Assembly (NCBI GenBank): GCA_045579005.1
Contig: JAZNLJ010000071.1
Coordinates: 1-58,324 of the forward strand
DNA length: 58,324 nt
Source of the DNA: Acutalibacteraceae bacterium
Lineage (GTDB): Bacteria > Bacillota > Clostridia > Oscillospirales > Acutalibacteraceae
Direction: 5' to 3'
Within the stretch, counting starts at the first letter, position 1. Every line of letters begins with the position of its first letter. Below, one piece after another: positions 52,454-58,324 of this stretch. The translations under genes were made by a program, and so were the position numbers. The notes under the pieces were generated by a model that saw nothing but the letters and a program-made list of their open reading frames with translations, did not search any database and was not told where the DNA came from.

Positions 52454-54904
52454 GTGAAATATGCAGATTTGATTTCTCAGCTCACCATTGAGGAAAAAGC
52501 GGCGCTTTGCTCCGGTAAGGACTTCTGGCACCTTGTAGATGTTGAGCGTCTGGGTATTCCCTCAATTATGGTTACCGACGGTCCTCACGGTCTCAGAAAG
52601 CAGAATCAGGATAAAACTGCCGCAGGGGATATCCTGGGCAACAGTGTACCTGCAACTTGTTTTCCCCCTGCGGTTGCTACGGGTTGCACGTGGAATCCTG
52701 ATTTAATTTACGAAATGGGTCAGGCTCTCGGAGAAGAGTGCCTTAAGGAAAAGGTTAGTGTACTTCTCGGTCCGGGCATCAATATTAAGCGTTCACCCCT
52801 CTGTGGCAGAAACTTTGAGTATTTTTCAGAGGATCCTGTTGTGGCAGGTAATATGGGTGCAGCTTTTATAAACGGTGTGCAGAGCAAGGGTGTGGGTACT
52901 TCACTCAAGCATTTTGCCGCAAATAATCAGGAGTGTCGCAGAATGACAATCAGTACGGTTGCTGATGAAAGAACACTCCGTGAAATTTATCTTACAGCCT
53001 TTGAAATTTGCGTTAAGAACGCTCAGCCTTGGACTGTAATGAATGCTTACAATAAAATTAACGGCACCTACTGTGCCGAGAATAAATGGCTCCTTAACGA
53101 TGTGCTCCGTGATGAGTGGGGCTTCGATGGTATCGTTGTTACCGACTGGGGTGCAGAAAATGAAATTGTCGATGGCTTGAAGGCAGGACAGAATCTTGAA
53201 ATGCCCGGTTCAGGCGGTTATGGTCCCAAGAAGCTCATAAAAGCAGTTCAGGACGGAACACTTGATGAGGATATCCTTGACAAGAACGTTGACAGCGTTC
53301 TTGACCTTATAATGAAGAGCAAGGATAGCTACAGGGATGATTATGAGTGCGATATGGAAAAGCACCATGCACTTGCGCGTAAGATTGCATCTGAGGGAAT
53401 TGTTCTTCTTAAAAATGAAGATAAAATTCTGCCTCTTAAAAGGGCACAGAAAATCGCTGTTATCGGTGAAATGGCAAAAGCTCCCCGTTATCAGGGTGCA
53501 GGAAGCTCACTTATAAATCCCACTCAGCTTGACAATGCTTACTCCGAACTCCTCAGGAACGATTATAATCTGGCTTATGCTCAGGGTTATGACAAGGCAA
53601 CTGATGTGCCTGATGATAAGCTGATTTCACAGGCGACAGAGCTTGCAAAGAAAGCGGATACAGTTCTCCTTTTCGTCGGTCTTACGGAGATTTATGAGAG
53701 CGAGGGCTTCGACAGAAAGCATATTGATTTACCTCCCTCACACAACAGGCTTGTGGAAGAGGTTGCCAAGGTAAATGAAAATGTTGTGGTTGTCCTTTCG
53801 GGTGGCTCTGCGGTGAGTATGCCCTGGCTTGGCAATGTGAAGGCGGTTGTGAACGGTCTCCTTCTTGGTCAGGCAGGTGGCTCTGCCATTGCAGACGTGC
53901 TCACAGGTAATGTGAACCCTTCGGGCAAGCTGACGGAAACATATCCTTTGTGTCTTGAGGACACACCCTCAAAAGAAAACTTCCCCGGTAAACAGCTTAC
54001 TGTTGAATATCGCGAAAGTATCTTTGTGGGTTATAGATACTATGATAAAATGCAGAAGGACGTGCTTTTTCCCTTTGGATACGGACTTTCATATACAACC
54101 TTCAGCTATGATAAATTAAAACTCAGCAAAAAGAAAATCAAAGATACCGATACACTCACGGTATCCTTCAAGGTAAAGAATACAGGTGACGTGGCAGGTG
54201 CCGAGGTTGCTCAGCTTTATGTGAGTGCTCCTGATAGTGCAATATTCAAAGCGCCCAAAGAGCTTAAGGGTTTTAAAAAGATTTTCCTTGAGCCCGGAGA
54301 TGAAAAGGATGTTGAAATTACTCTTTCAAAGCGTGATTTTGCATATTACAACGTGAGTATAAATGATTATCACGTTGAAAGTGGTGATTATGAAATCCTG
54401 GTTGGCGCATCTTCAAGAGATATCAGGCTTCAGGCAACAGTCAACGTTAAATCAACTGTTGAGGCTCAGGTGCCCGACTATAAATCAACATCACCTGAAT
54501 ATTATACAGGCGACCCCTCGCAGGTATCAGATGCTTCATTTGAATCTGTGCTCGGATTCAGCATTCCTGACGGTGACCGGGATCCATCACTTCCTATTGA
54601 CCCCTCAGGTTCACTGGAACTTGCCGCCGGCACACCCCGAGGTGATAAGGTTATAAGTCTCATTACGGCTGCTGTGGAAAAAATCGGTGGTGGCGGTATC
54701 AACAGCGAGATGATGCGACAGACCGCATTCCAGATACCTATCCGTTGCTTTATCACTATGAGTGGCGGTGTGGTGAATGATGAAATGTGCGAGGGTATAT
54801 GTGACCTTCTCAATGGCAAGCCAATGGCAAAGTGTCTTGTGAAAATCGGCAAGAATGTTCCCGGTGCATTGCTTAAAGTTCCGGCAATGATAAAATCAAT
54901 GTAA
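52454..54904 (+). CDS. Glycoside hydrolase family 3 beta-glucosidase (with Fn3-like domain and C-terminal extension)
   Basis: GTG start after AAGGAGG. Motifs: GRNFEYFSEDP, KHFAANNQE, GIVVTDWGA (nucleophile) and AQLYVSAP (Fn3-like). It is a paralogue of the GH3 at 39548-41968. Confidence 0.9.
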   Translation: MKYADLISQLTIEEKAALCSGKDFWHLVDVERLGIPSIMVTDGPHGLRKQNQDKTAAGDILGNSVPATCFPPAVATGCTWNPDLIYEMGQALGEECLKEKVSVLLGPGINIKRSPLCGRNFEYFSEDPVVAGNMGAAFINGVQSKGVGTSLKHFAANNQECRRMTISTVADERTLREIYLTAFEICVKNAQPWTVMNAYNKINGTYCAENKWLLNDVLRDEWGFDGIVVTDWGAENEIVDGLKAGQNLEMPGSGGYGPKKLIKAVQDGTLDEDILDKNVDSVLDLIMKSKDSYRDDYECDMEKHHALARKIASEGIVLLKNEDKILPLKRAQKIAVIGEMAKAPRYQGAGSSLINPTQLDNAYSELLRNDYNLAYAQGYDKATDVPDDKLISQATELAKKADTVLLFVGLTEIYESEGFDRKHIDLPPSHNRLVEEVAKVNENVVVVLSGGSAVSMPWLGNVKAVVNGLLLGQAGGSAIADVLTGNVNPSGKLTETYPLCLEDTPSKENFPGKQLTVEYRESIFVGYRYYDKMQKDVLFPFGYGLSYTTFSYDKLKLSKKKIKDTDTLTVSFKVKNTGDVAGAEVAQLYVSAPDSAIFKAPKELKGFKKIFLEPGDEKDVEITLSKRDFAYYNVSINDYHVESGDYEILVGASSRDIRLQATVNVKSTVEAQVPDYKSTSPEYYTGDPSQVSDASFESVLGFSIPDGDRDPSLPIDPSGSLELAAGTPRGDKVISLITAAVEKIGGGGINSEMMRQTAFQIPIRCFITMSGGVVNDEMCEGICDLLNGKPMAKCLVKIGKNVPGALLKVPAMIKSM

Positions 54905-54911
54905 ACAACTG

Positions 54912-54940
54912 TTGACTTTTATATGGTGAGCAATTATACT
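54912..54940 (+). promoter_or_regulatory. Putative sigma-A promoter
   Basis: TTGACT (54912-54917), a 17-nt spacer, then TATACT (54935-54940), upstream of the oxidoreductase gene. Confidence 0.5.
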
Positions 54941-55013
54941 AAATAAGGTTAGCTTTTTTAGTGTAAAAGCACTAAAAATCAGTTGTCATTATAATTCGGA
55001 AAGGAAAATAACA

Positions 55014-56171
55014 ATGGCAAAAGTTAAATTAGGTATTATCGGTGTTGGTAATATGGGTTCAAGCCATATTAAGAATTATCTTAAAGATACCATGCCCGAA
55101 ATAGAGATTACGGCAGTTGCAGACATCAAGCCCGATAGATTGGTATGGGCAAAGGAACAGTTGCCTGATGTCAAGACGTTTGATACAGCATCTGCACTTA
55201 TGGACTCAGGCGAGGTCGAGGCAGTTCTTATTGCTACTCCTCACTATGACCATCCCCCTCTCGTAATTGAGGCTCTCAACAAGGGTCTGCATGCTATGAG
55301 CGAAAAGCCTGCAGGAGTTTACACAAAGCAGGTTCGTGAGATGAACGAGGCTGCAGATAAGAGCGACAAGGTTTTCGGTATTATGTTCAATCAACGTACA
55401 AACTGCCTTTACAGAAAGGCTCACGAAATTGTACATAGCGGAAAATTCGGAGAGATGAAGCGTGTCACCTGGATTATTACCGATTGGTACAGAACGCAGG
55501 CTTACTACAACTCAGGCGGATGGCGTGCAACCTGGTCAGGTGAAGGCGGCGGTGTGCTTCTTAATCAGTGTCCCCACCAGCTTGATTTGTGGCAGTGGAT
55601 TTGCGGTATGCCTGAGAAAATTACTGCAGTTTGTCACGAGGGTAAGTGGCACAACATTGTGGTTGAAGACGACGTTATGATTTATGCACAGTATCCCAAC
55701 GGTGCTACAGGTACATTTATCACAACCACAGGCGATTACCCCGGAACAAACAGACTTGAAATCACACTTGACAAGGCAAAGCTTATCTGTGAGGATGGTA
55801 AGCTTACAGTTGCAGAGCTTGACCAGAGCACAAGTGATTACACAGCCAATGCTGAAGACGGCTTCGGTAGTATTGAATACAAAACCTACGAGGAAGAACT
55901 TGACGGCAGAAACCTTCAGCATATTGAGGTTATGAATAAATTTGCAGCGGCTATTCTCCGCGGTGAGCCTCTTACAGCATCGGGTCAGGAGGGCATTAAC
56001 GGTCTTATGATTTCAAATGCTGCATTCCTTTCATCATGGCTTGGTAAGACTGTTGAGCTTCCTGTTGATGAGGATATGTTCTATGAACTTCTTCAGGAAA
56101 AAATAAACAACTCAACCTTCGTTAAAGAGGTAAAAGAAGTTGTAAACGAAAATATGGATTCTACGTATTAA
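55014..56171 (+). CDS. Gfo/Idh/MocA family NAD(P)-dependent oxidoreductase
   Basis: Rossmann N-terminus KLGIIGVGNMG, SEKP (EKP motif) and a C-terminal alpha/beta dimerisation domain. 385 aa. Confidence 0.88.
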   Translation: MAKVKLGIIGVGNMGSSHIKNYLKDTMPEIEITAVADIKPDRLVWAKEQLPDVKTFDTASALMDSGEVEAVLIATPHYDHPPLVIEALNKGLHAMSEKPAGVYTKQVREMNEAADKSDKVFGIMFNQRTNCLYRKAHEIVHSGKFGEMKRVTWIITDWYRTQAYYNSGGWRATWSGEGGGVLLNQCPHQLDLWQWICGMPEKITAVCHEGKWHNIVVEDDVMIYAQYPNGATGTFITTTGDYPGTNRLEITLDKAKLICEDGKLTVAELDQSTSDYTANAEDGFGSIEYKTYEEELDGRNLQHIEVMNKFAAAILRGEPLTASGQEGINGLMISNAAFLSSWLGKTVELPVDEDMFYELLQEKINNSTFVKEVKEVVNENMDSTY

Positions 56172-56181
56172 GGCGGTAAAT

Positions 56182-57498
56182 ATGAGAAATAAATATTTTA
56201 TTTTAATAATGACATTTGCATTAGCACTGTGCATTTTCTGTACATCGGTTACTGTTATGGCAACAGGTGATGAACCGACATCTGCACCTGCATCAACTGA
56301 GGCGCAGACGCAGACCGAGCCTGCAACACAGAACAACAATCCCGGCGGTCTTGTTGATGAAGAGGAAACGGTGACCACCACCGGGAGAACAACTACGACT
56401 GAGCCTGTGATTGTGACAGAGACTGAGGCTGACGAGGATGATAACACCACTACAACTAAGAAAAAACCATCCTCAACAACCACAACCAGACGTAACACAA
56501 GCAGTTCAAACACAACAACCCGCAGAAATACTGACAGAACAACGGAGTCCACCAAAACAACGGACGAAACTTTACCCGAGGGTCAGTTCTACGTTCACCT
56601 TGTTTTAGGTAACGGTGAGAAGAACCTGAGAGCTGTTATGAAGGAGGCAGGACTTGTTACTGCACCCAAAGACCCCGTGTGGGAGGGTCACATTTTTGAG
56701 GGTTGGTATAGCGACGCTAAATATACGAAGCCCTGGGATTTTGCAAAAGACAAGGCAACCGAGGAAATTACTATTTATGCCAAGTGGTCTGTTGATGCGG
56801 CTACAATGATTTACACAATCACCGTATCAGATGTGGTTGGCGGTAAAATTACAGTAGACCCCACAAGTGCAACCGCAGGCACTCCCGTACTTATTACAGT
56901 GAAGCCCGATTCAGGCAAGAGACTTGTTGAAGGCAGCCTTACCGTAAATGGCAAGAGAACAGATGTACTCAGTTTTGATATGCCTGCAGAGAATGTTGTT
57001 ATCTCAGCAAAGTTTGAGGATGTTCCCAAAACTGTCGGCGATGTAGAGGAGAAGGATAATTCAATAATCTATATCCTTGTTGGCGCAGGTATTCTCGTGG
57101 TAGGTCTTGTTGTTGTGGGTATTGTGATGCTCAGACGCAAGAATGAAATTATTGTGCCAGAGTTTGACGAAAACGGTGCAGTTATTATTGATGATGATGA
57201 CGAGGTGTGGGTTGACGAATCCCTTGTTATTGAAGATGCTTTCCCCGATGCAAAGCCCGTTGTACAGGGAGAAGAATTTGAGGACGAGTTTATCGCTGTT
57301 ACTTCTGAGGAAACAGAGTTCGCTGAGTATGAGAATGCAATCCCTGTGGAGAAAACAAAAGGTCTTGCAGATATTGCGAATAACGATGCGTGGTCTGAAG
57401 AGGCAGACAACGATGTGAAGCTGGCTGACGCTGTGAAGGATGAACAGGAACAGCCTAAGGCTGATATCAGCTCAATTGACTTTTCATTGTTTGAATAA
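56182..57498 (+). CDS. Surface protein: signal peptide, Thr-rich linker, Listeria-Bacteroides (Flg_new) repeat, Ig-like domain, TM helix, acidic cytoplasmic tail
   Basis: FILIMTFALALCIFCTSVTVMA is the signal. The linker is T/S/N/R-rich. FEGWYSDAKYTKPWDFAKDKATEEITIYAKW is a Flg_new repeat. The TM is IIYILVGAGILVVGLVVVGIVML. Confidence 0.65.
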   Translation: MRNKYFILIMTFALALCIFCTSVTVMATGDEPTSAPASTEAQTQTEPATQNNNPGGLVDEEETVTTTGRTTTTEPVIVTETEADEDDNTTTTKKKPSSTTTTRRNTSSSNTTTRRNTDRTTESTKTTDETLPEGQFYVHLVLGNGEKNLRAVMKEAGLVTAPKDPVWEGHIFEGWYSDAKYTKPWDFAKDKATEEITIYAKWSVDAATMIYTITVSDVVGGKITVDPTSATAGTPVLITVKPDSGKRLVEGSLTVNGKRTDVLSFDMPAENVVISAKFEDVPKTVGDVEEKDNSIIYILVGAGILVVGLVVVGIVMLRRKNEIIVPEFDENGAVIIDDDDEVWVDESLVIEDAFPDAKPVVQGEEFEDEFIAVTSEETEFAEYENAIPVEKTKGLADIANNDAWSEEADNDVKLADAVKDEQEQPKADISSIDFSLFE

Positions 57499-57507
57499 TA
57501 AATATAA

Positions 57508-57547
57508 AGAGTGCCGATACGTTATTCCGTATCGGCACTCTGTTTGT
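57508..57547. terminator. Bidirectional terminator between convergent genes
   Basis: AGAGTGCCGATACG-ttattc-CGTATCGGCACTCT forms a 14-bp stem, followed by GTTTGTT. Confidence 0.75.
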
Positions 57548-57556
57548 TATAACCAA

Positions 57557-58324
57557 TTAGTAATTGATGTAAACCATAAGAAGCATCATAAGGGCTGAGA
57601 AAGCAAATTCAGCGACAAATAACTTCCAGGACCATTTAATCCACTTTGCATAAGAAACGTTGATTAAACCGATTGCAATAATCATAAGTCCGTTTGTGGG
57701 ATAAAGGAGGTTTGTAAATCCGTCTGCAATGCAGAAGGTTGTAACAACACTCTGCCTTGTAATTCCCACAAGGTCAGAAAGGGGAGCCATAAGGGGCATT
57801 ATAAGGAATGCTTTTGCAGTACCGCTACCGATGAAAAATTCAAGAATTGCAATAACTGCAAAGAGGATAAAAATTGCAGCATAGGGTGAAACACCCTGCA
57901 TAGCACCATTCAATTCGTAAAGAATTGTGTGCATTATTTTGCCTTCGCTCAAAACGTAAGAAATAGCAACAACAAATATTATAAGAGGAATTGCCGGAGC
58001 AATGCTCTTTGCGCCTTCAAAAAAGCTTTTTAATAAATTCTTGCCGCGCAGTCCCGTGAAATGACCTGAAAGGAAACCGCCCGTAGTAAAAAGAATTGCC
58101 ATAGCAGGCAGAGAAAGCACACCGCCTGCGCCTAAAATAAAATCAAGTATTATAAAACCTAAGTCGATAAGTATGCAAATCAAAAAAGCTCTTGTACCTT
58201 TGCGTATGTTCCCGTCAGCCAAAACAGTATCTGCATCGGAAAGATTGTACTTTTCACGTAATGCCTTGTCTGATTCAAAGGCAAGGGATTTGGAAGGATT
58301 TTTCTCTATTCTTTTTGCGTATAG
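57557..58324 (-). CDS. YfcC/DcuC-family (C4-dicarboxylate anaerobic carrier superfamily) transporter, C-terminal part; 5' end outside the window
   Basis: The frame stays open to the window edge (LYAKRIEKNPSKSLAFESD... upstream of the track Met). The C-terminus FTNLLYPTNGLMIIAIGLINVSYAKWIKWSWKLF is family-typical. Confidence 0.72.
   Translation of the reverse strand, partial: LYAKRIEKNPSKSLAFESDKALREKYNLSDADTVLADGNIRKGTRAFLICILIDLGFIILDFILGAGGVLSLPAMAILFTTGGFLSGHFTGLRGKNLLKSFFEGAKSIAPAIPLIIFVVAISYVLSEGKIMHTILYELNGAMQGVSPYAAIFILFAVIAILEFFIGSGTAKAFLIMPLMAPLSDLVGITRQSVVTTFCIADGFTNLLYPTNGLMIIAIGLINVSYAKWIKWSWKLFVAEFAFSALMMLLMVYINY

Noticed and set aside
56112-56555. 147-aa minus-strand ORF rich in Val/Ser
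   Set aside because: It is antisense to the Thr-rich (ACN) tract of the surface protein gene. It is an artefact of repeat composition.

Overview
This window looks like a chromosomal segment of a Gram-positive anaerobe of the Clostridia. My guess is Ruminococcus-like, based on a dockerin-bearing esterase, several GH2/GH3/GH39-like glycosidases and spoIID. This is inference and was not searched.

Most of the window is tightly packed housekeeping DNA:
- darA-holB-ricT
- a clostridial ferredoxin
- a znuABC zinc importer
- mreBCD-mrdA plus a minD-like gene
- a TPP riboswitch followed by thiT
- birA and rsmE/rsmF
- parA-parB-serS-rlmB
- tRNA-Pro(GGG) and tRNA-Thr(GGT)

I found no CRISPR array, transposase, integrase or recognisable defence genes.

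Six things stand out:
1. A roughly 165-nt array of seven different GC-rich mini-hairpins is phased by a conserved TATGTAAT/ATTACATA linker. It sits in an A+T-rich islet next to tRNA-Pro, together with an Avd-like four-helix-bundle gene and an immunity-protein-like gene.
2. An aspartate carbamoyltransferase homologue has lost almost all of its carbamoyl-phosphate and aspartate ligands. It is fused to a PyrI-type Cys4 zinc domain and is the first gene of an overlapping six-gene cluster that ends in znuABC.
3. An 820-aa P1B-type ATPase homologue is degenerate in every catalytic signature.
4. serS is interrupted by one in-frame TAA.
5. Two short genes are missing from the ORF track: a 56-aa ferredoxin and a 48-aa conserved-looking peptide.
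6. There are several translationally coupled gene pairs of unknown function.

All family assignments come from reading motifs by eye. No database search was run.
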